Of a DNA stretch of 64,000 nt, positions 12,936 through 25,245 are shown piece by piece; position 1 is the stretch's first letter; each line of letters opens with the position of its first letter. Source of the stretch: Monocercomonoides exilis PA203. Lineage: Eukaryota > Protista > Preaxostyla. The position numbers and the translations under genes are program-made. The notes below the pieces were generated by a model. That model searched no databases and was not told where the DNA came from. It saw only the letters and a list, made by a program, of their open reading frames with translations. The DNA lies in assembly GCA_001643675.2 (NCBI GenBank), contig LSRY02000006.1, positions 868,001 to 932,000 of the forward strand. Direction: 5' to 3'.

Positions 12936-14395
12936 ATGTATTTGTTGATTTGTTTTTAAAAAAATAATAATTAAAGATTGGATTGTTGTCAACACTTGTA
13001 AAAATGCTAAATGGTACATCTGAAGTAAAATTGCATTAATTATCATCAGATAGATAGGATGTAAGCGGAGTGAATAATGATTTCGATATGCTCAAAGGAG
13101 ATATTCGCACTTTTTTAATTATCATTTTATTGCTTGATGCAATTTTTGTGTTTTGAACACTTAATTACAAATAATTTGATTTGTACTATTCGGATTTTTA
13201 ATCTTGAAGAAAAATGTTTGATAAGAAATACAGTTTTTTGTTTTGTTTTTTATTAAAAGTGTGAGGTTGACTTTTTTATTTGTTTTGATGGTGTTGTAGC
13301 ATTGTCGCGTAACCTAATTTCTGAAGTTTTGCAAATCTTTTGTTTTGATATATGTTTTTCAGGTAAAGATGTTTTTCCAGCCTTTATTTCTGTGTACACA
13401 ACATTTAATAATAAATTAATTTTTTTTATTAATAAATAAGTTTTTCTTTGCAAACTTGTTTCAATTTTTCAAGAAAATGAAAAATCTGAAATATCTATCT
13501 CTGTTTCATTTATCAATAAAATCCGTTATAAAAAATAGGTTTTTTTTTTTTTTTTGTCAATCTTTTTTGTAAATGTCTGATTCAAAAACAAAAAGGGAAC
13601 TTCTCATTGAATAAAGTTTTGGTGAATTTGTAGATAAAATACGAAAGCTTTATAAGTGTATGCCAACAAAAAAGCAACATTCAAAAAATTACAAACAAAA
13701 ATATGTTAAAGAAAAATAGAAGAAAAACTGGTTATTCAAAGAAAATAAGTTTCTAAAAATGAAAGAAACAAAAAATGAAAAATTACTCTGTACAAAAATC
13801 CGAAAAGCTGTGGGGAATAAAATTGTTTTACTCTTTATTTCAGAAAATCTGAGCAGAAACCTAAATAAATTGATTCATCAATCATTAATTAAGTTCGGAT
13901 CAAATTCTTGATAGTATTTCAATAATAAATGAAATAATCTTCCAAGTTGTGAATCAACATCACCTCACCAAACATTCCTTTTGCAATGAAATGGCATAGC
14001 CCAATGATGCAGTCTTCATATCCTTTTTCCTCCATTTTTTCAAGCACTTTTCTTTTCATCACTTTTCGTTTTGATTCGCCACTCACTTTTTCCATCTCAC
14101 TATCCAAATATGCGCAAAGTGCTTTGAAAAAATCTAAGCAGCATGAAATTGATGAGCTATTGCCACTTGATTGAACAATATCCTCCAAAATTTCATCAGC
14201 AGTTTCGTTGTTTAGCAATTCATCAGGACTGAAAATGCCTTTTTGCAGCATTGCTCGAAAAACATTCACACATAAATCACTTATTTCTTTGAAATTAATC
14301 TTTGCCACTCTGTATAACTTTGCAATGCAACTCGCAAGTCCAACATATTCTTTATTCCTCAATTGGCTTAACATAATATGCTCATTTAACATTTT

Positions 14396-15893
14396 GGCAT
14401 GATCCGAAGATATCGTCATCTTCAAAATTCACAAATTTGTAATTATTTTGTCTTTTTAACACATTATAACAATAAATATAATAGTTTTATGGGTCGGAAA
14501 TGTGTTTCCAAAAAAAATAATCCCACAATATTCTAATTTTTTATTTATTTTATGGGTTTTGATCAATGTTGATCTCATGGCACGTGATGTCAGACTCATC
14601 AGAAAAGAAGAAATATCCGAGCTCAATCGTTTGTTTTATAATGATGATAAGGCATGGGATTGGTTTATTAATGAAATCGTCAGTGATCGCATCCCGATGT
14701 GCAGCAAGCATAGAGTCTTCAAACATATACACAAAAATGGAAAATATAGATATTTTGCCTGTCCTACGTGCAAGACAAAGACAAGCGTCCTTTCCGATAC
14801 GAAATTCAGCAAAACAAAAATTGGATTGGGTATCACTCTGTTTGTTTGCCTATATTACTGGATGAAAATTCCTAATAAAACAATCGCAACGTTACTATTA
14901 ATCGATGAAGACACAGTTGGCTATTGGGGAAGTGTTATCAGAAAAACATGCGCTGAGATATGGAATGAGAGGCAGGTATCTATTGGAGGAGAAGGCAAAA
15001 TTGTAGAGATTGATGAAGCAATATGGAGGAAAAGAAAATTTCATCGTGGAAGAAAGAAGAAACAAATTTGGATTTTTGGAGGTGTGGAGAGGAAAGAGGA
15101 TGGAGGAGCTGGAGGAAGATTCATGGTTGTGGTTCCAAACAGAAAAAGAGAGACACTCATTCCACTGATACAGAAGTACATAAAGGAAGGGACAACAATC
15201 ATGTCTGACGAATGGAGAGCGTACGACATTTTGGAGACTCTCGGTTACAAGCATTTGAAAGTTTGCCACAAAAGGCAATTCTTCAATAAGGACACAGAAG
15301 CATGCACAAATACAATTGAGGGGTTGTGGCATCATTTACGATGCACTTTTCCGTATTTTGGAACTCGCATTCGATTGATGCATGATTATCTATCTCTTTA
15401 TCTTGTCAAATCCTCATTTAACATCACTTTTACTGAACTCGTTAAGTACCTTTGCTTGGAAAATGATGATGATGATGAAAAAGAAATAGAGGAAAACGAA
15501 ATTGAAGAAGAAGAATCTGAAGAAATTGCTGATATAGATGATATTTTTGGTGAAAAAGTTGAAGGAGAAAAAACTGAGTCAGAAAGTGACAATGGAGCGG
15601 GAGATGGTGAAAGTGCATCTGAATATGAACCCTAAAAATTAATATTGATGATTATTTCACATCATTTTTATCAAATACAACTTTTTTCATATGAATTTGA
15701 TGGAAATAAATCACTTTTTAAAATATAATTTTTCATTATTTTTTTGATCACAAAAATTAAAAAAAATTTTTTTTCTCCAAAACCATGAATTTCCGACATG
15801 CGACAATAGCATAATAACAATGTGCAATGCATTGTTGAATTACCAACAAATTTTCAATAAGATCTGAGGATGACGATATCTTCGGATTATACC
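14396..15893 (+). mobile_element. Merlin (IS1016/IS1595-related) DNA transposon
   Basis: 29-bp TIRs: GGCATGATCCGAAGATATCGTCATCTTCA (14396-) vs the reverse complement of the right end, GGTATAATCCGAAGATATCGTCATCCTCA (ending 15893), with 3 mismatches. They enclose a transposase ORF. No TSD is detectable. Confidence 0.9.
14577..15635 (+). CDS. Merlin/ISXO2-like DDE transposase, uninterrupted
   Basis: IVEIDEA, RKFHRGR, WIFGGVER, VPNRKRETLIPLI, IMSDEWRAY, VCHK, TNTIEGLW; N-terminal CxxH..CxxC zinc motif; acidic tail. Confidence 0.92.
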   Translation: MARDVRLIRKEEISELNRLFYNDDKAWDWFINEIVSDRIPMCSKHRVFKHIHKNGKYRYFACPTCKTKTSVLSDTKFSKTKIGLGITLFVCLYYWMKIPNKTIATLLLIDEDTVGYWGSVIRKTCAEIWNERQVSIGGEGKIVEIDEAIWRKRKFHRGRKKKQIWIFGGVERKEDGGAGGRFMVVVPNRKRETLIPLIQKYIKEGTTIMSDEWRAYDILETLGYKHLKVCHKRQFFNKDTEACTNTIEGLWHHLRCTFPYFGTRIRLMHDYLSLYLVKSSFNITFTELVKYLCLENDDDDEKEIEENEIEEEESEEIADIDDIFGEKVEGEKTESESDNGAGDGESASEYEP

Positions 15894-16702
15894 AAAAGAA
15901 GAGATTTCCCATCAGAAGCAATTATATTCATAACCAAACATCCCATCTGTTAAGGCAGCTCAATGAAGTCAAAGCCATTTCCACTTCTTTTTGCATTTCC
16001 TCGTTTTTCTCCCTCTTCAATCCAACTTTCAGAAGACAAGGTACACAAATTGGAAGTAATTTCAGTGGAATGTTTTCATAATGCAGCAAGAGGTAGCATT
16101 CACACAGATCAGCCAAAAGCTTTTTATCTTTTTCATCTTTTTTCTTTTCTTCTTCGTAAATCATCTTTTCAATTCTTTTGCCTGACAAAGAATCATTGAA
16201 GCAAACGATCCACAATTTGTTCAGCACATTACAAAACCCCATGTGCTTCAATACCAACATAGCATTTTCCAACGACAATTTCTTGTCTTTAATCATTTTG
16301 TTAATTTTTTTGTATGTTTCAATTGTAATCATCGATTCAACTTCAGCTCTATCCATCTGCTCGAAAATTCTGTTCATTTCTTCAATTTTCTTTTTCTGAC
16401 TATGCTCGTCACAATGCTCCAGCTCATGAAACAACTCTTCATAAAGTTAGAAAAAAATCAAATTCATCGGAAATCCAAGTTTTATTGTTGCAAACAAGTG
16501 AATTTATCAGTAGAAATCTTCTTCTGCATTTTTACAAACCCATTCCATTAAACTAACATCTTAAATTATTCCATTCAACGAAAAAAAAAGAAAAAAGAGA
16601 AAATTTGAAAAAAGAAAAGAAAAGAAAAGAAAGCTCAAAAAAGAGAAACAAATAGCAACTCTCATGCCATCCTTTTTAAAATATGAGGTTTTTGAATAAT
16701 AT

Positions 16703-16942
16703 GGGTGATTCTTTTTGAAAAGTCGCAAACGTTTAATTATTAAATAAATTAAATTTTGTATATTTTGCTCAAATATCTGTTTCCACTCACGAATCTTCTT
16801 TAGAATGCATTTAATAGCATTATCCAGAAATAGGCTCCATATTAGTAAAGTTTGGTGCATGCAAACAAAAATATTAGCAAAATTTGAAATTATTGATTTA
16901 TTTGAAAATTAATCATTTGCGACTTTTCAAAAAGAATTACCC
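16703..16942. mobile_element. 240-bp MITE with 27-bp TIRs and ATAT 4-bp flanking duplication
   Basis: ATAT|GGGTGATTCTTTTTGAAAAGTCGCAAA ... TTTGCGACTTTTCAAAAAGAATTACCC|ATAT. Same TIR family as 22061-27899. Confidence 0.9.
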
Positions 16943-17199
16943 ATATCGGGGAAAGATTGCGATTTATTTTTTGGATAAGGCTTCAATAGATGTTCTGATC
17001 GTCCAAATTTGAGATTATATAACAATTCTTTTTCAGAATTAATAATTGTTAAACGATAATTAACAAAAGAATAAGTCGATTTATTTCCTGAGACAACATG
17101 ATGACATAAATTCATTCATTATAATGGGGAAAAAAGTGAAAGATTTTGTTTTCAAAAATTTCTCCAAGACATAATCTTTCAAATACCTCACAATTCTCT

Positions 17200-20100
17200 G
17201 CATAGGTGCAAATTGTACCACTTTCAGTTTGCATTTTTTCAAAATTTGAATATTATATCGTTAATCTACTCAATTTAACTAAGCGATTCAAGGAGGGAAA
17301 TTTCGAAATTCGATTAAAAATTTTCTCTCTGAAATTCAAAAATTTCGACACCCATAATATTTTTATTTTGATCATATTTTATTGAGATTTCTTTTTCTTG
17401 CTTAACATAGTTCGAATGAATTAATCAATTCAATCGAACAAGATAAAATATAGTTTTTATTGATTGTCTCGATGAATATTTACCTGTATTACTTTTTACG
17501 TTGCTTATTTTTTATTGATTTGATTATTTAGTTATTCACAAGTATTAGCGTTATATAAGTTTTCGCTTTTGATTAATGGTAGATGAAAACTTAATTGAAA
17601 GGAATTTGCATATTTGATTAATGATAATTAATGTTAATTATGAGATTTTTATTTGTATTTCATTATTATTGATTTATATACTATTATTTGTAATGTATTC
17701 GTTGGAACTGGGATGAATTTCTGTTTATGAAAGGATGAAGGAAAAGCGGGATTGGGGCAGATGTGTTTGTTGAGTGAGGTAAAGGAGCAGTTGGCATTTG
17801 GAAAGGTGAGAAAAGAAGAGGGAGATGGAGAACATTGGGATGGTGTTGGGCTTATTGAAACAAGAGAAGGAAGATGAAGGAAGGGGAGCATTTAAATGAT
17901 ATAATGCAAAGAAAAGATCGAAAATGTCTTCGAAAATTCACAAAAAATTATTTTGTCAATTTTTGAGAGAGTTTTCAAATGCAGTATTTTATTTTTTTTT
18001 TATAATCCACATTGTTATTTTCTTTAACATTCCATCTTCTTTTTCTTTCATTGCTGTTTGTGGTTTGTTATTGTTTAAACAATTTTTCATCACTGTTTTT
18101 AACAAAGTATTCTCAACAAGCTCAATTATAACAATGCACACATGTTTTATTTTTTCTTTGGAAAGCTGCTGACGTTAGCCGACACAATTATAAAAGATGA
18201 AAGAGCGAATTAGTGAAAACTTGCACAAATAAAAAACAATCAATTCAATTATTCTTAATTTTTAATGAATTTATAAAAATAAGATAAAAAAATAGCAATG
18301 AATAAATTGGAATTTCAAATAATTTGGAAAAAAATTGCAAAACTGGTTCTTAAAATTGCTTCTGCCTGGATCAGGAATTATGTACCACTCTATCTACGGT
18401 GTGTTATTTGATATTTGTGGTGCAGAGCTCAAATCTATTTTTTTTTCCTTTTATAGCTATTATTAGTAACTGTGGTGGAGTGGGTACAAATGGCATATCC
18501 TAGATTGAATCCTCTCCTTAAGACCTGAAATCAACCGTTATTTTAGCCAATATAATTATTTTGACTCCAACAGACATCACAAACACATTCTGTGATGAAT
18601 TTCTTGCGGCATAGTTAAAGATTTAGAAAGCGAACTTGTTCCAATCATACTCAATTCCTTCCCTCTTCCTGTTATTATCATCTATTTTTCACCAATGCTG
18701 ATCTTCGCCCCTTCGCTCACTTGCCTCCCCCTCAGCAACGTTATTGTTGAGCTCAGCTGCGCCAGACTCGCTCCCACCGCATGCCCCACTGTCTTGCACG
18801 GCGCAGACTCACTCATCCCACACAGATTGCTCGAGTCATTCCCACTCACCCCAACATACCGATCCTTCATCCCTTCCTTCAACCATCCCTTCTTTTCTGT
18901 ATGTTGAGGCACCCAACTGCTTCCATTATAATATTGGCGGCACACTCTCGTATCATTTGTATTCGTTGTGTACGATTCATAGAATGGGTTATTCGAAGAG
19001 AAGAGATTGTTTCCATCATAAAAATACACATCATGACCATATGGAGTGGAAGCGTTGCAACTGCAATCGTGGAAGAAGAAGAAATAAAAATAATGATTGT
19101 TGCTTGTGGGTGTTGATTGATCAGGATTAAAGCGCAATCCTCCACCAACTGACACTGCCGAGCACGAAATGAACTGCATGCATTTTGAATACAGCAGGAA
19201 CATTGTAGCAGCACATTCCTCCGCTACTTGAACCTGTTAGTGAGCACGAAGTGAACAAGCACTCAAACGCACAAGCACTCTCCCGTCCTCCAGATTCTTC
19301 CCCAATGCATACAACTGCTGAAACCTGAAAATTTTCAAGATGAAGCACTCCTCCCCAGCCATGAGAAGAACATTTTTGAAATTCGCAACCGCTGATCCAA
19401 ACACACGACGAAATTAAATTAATGAACATCCCTCCTCCGTAATGACTTTGCGCAGTACAAGAATCAAACGTATTATTCTCTATTTTAACTTCTTTTATGC
19501 TTGTGCACATTATTCCCCCGCCTCGGCTGTATGCAACACATCCATTGAACACACAATGAGAAACAGACACAGAAGCGTTTGATTGACTGTACATGAATAT
19601 TGCGCCACCGTTCGAAGTGCCATCGGCATATGTTTCACCTTTTCCTGTTGCCTTCGATTCACTCCACTCGCACAAAGTGAATGAATTAGCTCCATTGAAC
19701 GTTTCATTCTGTCTCCCTGGAGTTAGCTTTTTATCTGAAGTTCCATTGCATTCAACATTCCTTGTCCGACAACACCCAACGAATGATGTATTTGAAACAG
19801 TCAAAGAGGCATAGGGGTTGTTGAGGGAATGAACAATCCCACCATCATATGCATCACAGACCGATAAGAATGAGCAACTGTTCATAAAACATGATGTTTG
19901 GGAAAATGTAGTTGTTGAAGGCGAGCATTCCGATGTTGCTGTTGAAATATTGAAAAATGATAATTTGAAGAGGGATTTAAGGGGTATAGAGGATGATGAA
20001 AGAAATGCTGTTGAAGATGAGAAACGCGATTCATTCACAGAAATTCTTTTTTTTCCTTCTCTTCCCCACGCTTCTTAGCGCTATGTCGTAAAATATCCCA

Positions 20101-21202
20101 TTGAACTTGAGTTCCTCTTTTCTGCCTCTTCTGCTGCTGCTTCCAAAAAGATTTTTGTAAAAATAAATTCCACAAAAATTCCTTTTCCCATTCACTCCAT
20201 TTTTTTCCGTCTCACTCATTCTGCCAAACACTCTTCGGTTGCTGTTTTCTCCCAGTTTTTCCCAGGAATGTCCCAGAAAAAAGTACTGTTTCCACATCCC
20301 GTATTTCATGCTCCCCCAGCGCTTCTGACAACACCTGATCGCATCACACATCAATGAAATTAAAAATTAAAAATTAAAAAAATGAAAATGAAAAATGGAA
20401 CATGAAGAAAATGAACAAACAAGAATAAAATACCTCCACAAATCTTCATTTCCCTTCACTCCCCTCATCCCCTGTTTGCCTCTCTCCAAATACCTCTCAC
20501 CCCAACATCATCCACTCCAAGCACCACACACGCCACGCCTTCGCCTTTCAAATCCTATTCCAAATTAAGAAAAAATAATATGTTGTTTTCGCCCGCTCTT
20601 CTATTGCCTATTCAATTTCACTCTCACCATTCTTCTCTTCTCATCTTCCTCCATCCAGTCCTCAATCCAAATAAATGCAGTTGACACACGATCTTCATTT
20701 TGTCACAAACCTTTCAAATGCAGTTCAAACAAAATAAGAGATAAAAGAGCATGAAAAAAAGTCAATAAGCAATTAAAATTTATTTGCATTCTTGCACACG
20801 TTTATTTCCGTTATTGCTTCGAAGGTGTGATAGTAATATTATACATTATTTTATTAAAACGGTAGCATCCTGAATTTATTGTATTTTTATAAACAAGCAA
20901 CGTAAAAAGTAATACAGGTAAATATTCATCGAGACAATCAATAAAAACTATATTTTATCTTGTTCGATTGAATTGATTAATTCATTCGAACTATGTTAAG
21001 CAAGAAAAAGAAATCTCAATAAAATATGATCAAAATAAAAATATTATGGGTGTCGAAATTTTTGAATTTCAGAGAGAAAATTTTTAATCGAATTTCGAAA
21101 TTTCCCTCCTTGAATCGCTTAGTTAAATTGAGTAGATTAACGATATAATATTCAAATTTTGAAAAAATGCAAACTGAAAGTGGTACAATTTACACCTATG
21201 CC
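17200..21202. mobile_element. Non-autonomous long-TIR (~310 bp) DNA element carrying host gene fragments (Pack-type; Merlin- or Mutator-like)
   Basis: 17200-17510 is an almost perfect reverse complement of 20891-21202. It is flanked by CAATTCTCT (17191-17199) and CAATTTTCT (21203-21211). No transposase is recognised inside. Confidence 0.85.
18682..20038 (-). pseudogene. Frameshifted internal fragment of a Cys-rich beta-helix (pectin-lyase/Pmp-like) surface protein
   Basis: GGAI/GGGI/GGGM repeats with FxxC motifs and the module YVGVSGNDSSNLCGMSESAPCKTVGHAV. A frameshift near 19200 separates the two ORFs. No native start or end. Confidence 0.7.
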
Positions 21203-22577
21203 CAATTTTCTTTTATGATTTCAAAAGTTGCTTGTTATGATCACTTAGAAAAATATTTCAGTTTTGTGCAATTTCAAATTCCGGAAGCCTCCTTATCTGT
21301 TTTTATCGACAATCTTTCCATTTTTAACAAAAATCAGTTTGATGCAACAATTCATGCAACAAAAGAAAATATTTAAGAAGAAATAAACAAAATATATGTG
21401 TGATTATTTTTGATGTCACATTTTTTTTATCAAAATTTTCGGTTCGAAAATTTCACTTCAATATTAACAAAAGAACAGTGAAAATTGAAAATGTCAAAAA
21501 AATACATATTCATTTTTAATTTAACAAAAACATTCGTTTTTGAAACAGTTGCTAGAGTTTTTGCATTTGAATACAAAATCTCTTCCCAATGACAAACAAC
21601 ATTTGAATAATCTATATCCCGAAAAAAGTGATGATTTCAATAATAATCATTCAAATATATGATTCATTAAATCTTTTATATGAAATATTTTTAACGGATT
21701 TCTTGCGGAAACGTGAAGATTTTTAATTTCAAAAAAAGATCAAAATAACATTTGCCTATAGAAACAAATAGAAATTTGGTTTTCCAGAATTTATAATGAA
21801 GCGAATGATGTGAATAAATAATGATGAGAAAAAGAAATTGTTTTTCGTTTATTCTTGCTCATATTCAGAATATTTAGCCTTGTCTCTTTCTTCCAAAGAA
21901 TCATCAGAAGTTGCTTCATCTTCAGTTTGAATTACAGGAACGTCTTCTTCTTCATTTCCCTTCTCCAAGACACCTCTCTCACACCCCTCTCCTCAATATT
22001 TGTTCCTCTTCAAGCACTCGCCTTCAGCGCAGCTGACACAAAAATCATTAGAAACTACATGGGTCATTCTTTTTGAAAAGTCGCTACGGATCAAAAATTA
22101 ATCCCATGAAAGTTAATAAAAATCACTCCGTTACCATAATACAAACAAAAACACTAAACTTTCACAGTGATGTTTGTTGGTTCATAACAAACTTCTTTGT
22201 GAAAAGATATAAACTTTCACAAAAAATTATGTATCAAATTTTTTGATCAAAATTTAAATAAGTTTTTCAATGAAATAGAGTTTCACTTGATTGAAACACT
22301 TTGCAATTGTTTATTAATGAAATGAACAAGGTGTGTTTCGATTTTATTTCAACAAAAAATTGAGACTCGTTAATAAATAAAATTCTTATTTGATTGAAAT
22401 TTTTCATTTCACAGAATGTGCGTGGATTTTTAATAAATGCGTGGATTACTCCCACAAGTTTGATAAAGATGAAAAGCATACATATCAAAAGGTTTTCATT
22501 TAGCTTTTATTTGAATGTTTTCCTTAATAATTCTGATAATATTATTCATTTTTTTAGCTTGGCAAATTTGCAGTACT

Positions 22578-23400
22578 AACAGAGAGCCTGACATGAAAGA
22601 AATGGCGATCTGGGGAGTCACAACGGAATTGTTTGTTGGGGAAGAAGAACTTCTGCTGAGGGTTGTGAAATACCAGAGCGAGACGATATTTGTTTCTTCA
22701 GCAACAGGCAACCACGGAGACAGCAAGCAATGTGGGGAATCCAGGATGCCTTGTGATTCGTTGAATGTGGGAGTTCAGCATATCATTTCATCATCTTATT
22801 CTCAGCTGTTGGTTTCAGAGGAAACTATCATCAATGGGGAATGTGATGTGCATGGTGTGATCATCCGCTCACTTGAATCTCCCTCAACTGCTTTGTTGCA
22901 TCTGAACTCAACAATAACCAACAAAGGGAGTATTATCACTTCAACAGAGACTGTTCGGATTGAGAGATTGAAAATCCACTTTGGTCAATTATTTTCTTAT
23001 TCAGGAAATTCTATTATCCATGAAGCAACTGGACAGCTATCTCTTTCATTTGTTAACATCTCTTCTGTCAGCCAATCAGAAAACATTGAATCTATAGTTT
23101 TGAATTCAACATTGTTGAACATCGAAAATGGAATTCTTCATGTTGATAACTGTTCGATATCACTGCTATCATTCATTAAGCCTCCTTATTTGTTAAATGG
23201 AGATGAGGTCTCAATCACAAATGTGAAACAGGAACAAATTGAATCAACAACAAATGCATTTGAGATTTGACAATGTGGAAGTGTTGTGCTGAATGGAATT
23301 GATGCTAATGCGGGTGAAATTGTCTGATTACTGTATCATTTCCATGAACGAAAAAACTTCAGGAGCAACCTCTTTTGTTGATTCATCATTCAACAACTGT
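22578..23400 (+). pseudogene. Fragment of a beta-helix surface protein of the same superfamily as 18682-20038 and 36027-37439
   Basis: IFVSSATGNHGDSKQCGESRMPCDSLNVGV module followed by beta-strand-like repeats. Stop at 23270, with similar coding-like sequence continuing beyond it. Confidence 0.65.
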
Positions 23401-23520
23401 TCGAGGAATTCGTAAGGAGCTTCTGTTCTTTAATTGTCTCTTCCTTCTCTTCCTTCTCTTCCTCTTCTTCTTCCTCTTCTTACTCTTCTTCATCTTCCAC
23501 TTTCTTTTTCTTCATCTTCA

Positions 23521-23664
23521 TCTTCCTCTTCCTCTTCCTCTTCCTCTTCCTCTTCCTCTTCCTCTTCCTCTTCCTCTTCCTCTTCCTCTTCCTCTTCCTC
23601 TTCCTCTTCCTCTTCCTCTTCCTCTTCCTCTTCCTCTTCCTCTTCCTCTTCCTCTTCCTCTTCC
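23521..23664. repeat. (TCTTCC)24 perfect hexamer microsatellite within a Ser/Glu-type low-complexity block
   Basis: Direct reading of the sequence. Confidence 0.95.
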
Positions 23665-25245
23665 TCTTTTTCTTTTTCTTTTTCTTCCTCCTCCTCTTCC
23701 TCCTCCTCATCTGCTTTTTCTTCATCATCATCATCATCTTCCTCCTCCTCCTCCTCTTCTTCTTCTTCTTCTTCACCTTCTTCATCCTCATCTTCTCCTT
23801 CAAATTCAAAATCAAAAAGCATTTCATCATCATCATCTTCTTCTTCTCTTTCTTCTCTCTCTCCATTCACACAAACAGCCATACAAAACGAAGCAACGAA
23901 TTCTGCAAAGCGAAGGAGAGGAAACGACCACATTTCGATCATTAGGAAAGAGACAGAGAAAGAGACAAGATTGAGCAGACGGGCAAAGCGGCGAGGAAGA
24001 CGAACAAGAGAAGAATGAGAAGAAAGAGGAGAGGAGGAGGAAGAGGAAAAAGAGGGGTTAGAGGAAGAAGAAGAATAGAAAAAGAAGAATACGATAAGGA
24101 TAATGTTAATACTAATGAAGAATATGGTAAGGCTTCGCTATTAACTCCCTCAGCGACACCATCGTCTGCAGAAACTGCACCACTCATTGCCCATCCTCTG
24201 GAGAAAGACCAAAGTTCGTCGCTTTTTTTGAGTTGTTCCTTCACAGCTTCAGCCCCAACAGCATTCCCGGCAGCCGCACAATGTGGAACAACGTCAACCA
24301 CCCTTCTTTCTTCTCTTTCACCAACTGAACAATCTTCACATGTAGCTTCAGCACCATTTACACGTCACCTTCGATACTGTGTAAAACTCCTTCTCCAAGT
24401 TGACCAACGCCATCTTGTGGCCTTCGCAATCACATAATTCAAAGACTGCTATAAAGGCTGTAACATGTCAGCTTCATTACAAATATCAGGAAGCTGCTTC
24501 TTCCCTAAAGTTATTCAGAAGAAACGCAATGAACATAAAGGTATCTGCATACGTCTTCTCCGACTGAATCCCCTCAAACAGCCAAAAGACATTTTAATCT
24601 CTTCTCCCACACCCATTCTAACACCATTCAATTATCAGGAAAACTCCAATTCACCTCAAATTTACTCTTTCCACACAAATTCCTCAAACAGTTTCATCTT
24701 AACAAAGTCCTTCCGGAACAGTTCTTCCCCATTCATTCTTGCCCACAGTATCGCATCGCTCTTCTTCTGCGCCGCTTGCTTCTCCCCCAGCCACATGTCC
24801 ACAAAATCCACAAACCCCTGCCTCTGCACTCCCACCCCCATTCAAAGATCTGCTGAAATAAAGTCTCCGCATTACCCCCGGATCCTCGACAGCTTCCATA
24901 TTAGCTAAGACTGCAGACCTATCTTCAGCAACTACAACAAACGCTTCATCTGCACGGATGACCTCCGCGTGTGTGGCACCCGAAGCACACGTGCTGATTA
25001 AAACGTTTCTTGTTCCAGCGACCCAGACACTGCACTCATCAGTCACTCCCTCGCCATCGACACCGCCTGCAAAGGCACCCCACCTGCCCCAGACACTCCT
25101 GACCTCAATCCACCAAGAGAAGTCACAGAGCACTCCGATTCTTCCCTGTCTCTGCTTTCTGTCGTCTGTTCAAGAAGCATGAACGGCCACTACACAACAT
25201 TCGCACTCCCTTAACCTTTCTTTACCACTGTTGGAACCACAGTTT

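Larger units (their letters stand above)
13919..16529 (-). pseudogene. Third member of the ELEHC family, disrupted by the Merlin element
   Basis: The 5' part (MQKKISTDKFT exon plus the 16434-15928 ORF) and 3' part (14395-13919, ending KMEEKGYED..DYFIYY) flank the transposon. The central LTRLAYQSAWQF segment is absent. Confidence 0.75.

Noticed and set aside
14502-15635. IS1595-family hit as evidence of bacterial contamination or a bacterial IS
   Set aside because: It is embedded in an intron-containing eukaryotic gene and its motifs fit the eukaryotic Merlin branch.
23375-24018. Four overlapping long ORFs (poly-LP, poly-S, poly-KR, poly-E)
   Set aside because: These arise from the stop-free (TCTTCC)n and TCN repeats; there is no independent evidence for any as a gene.
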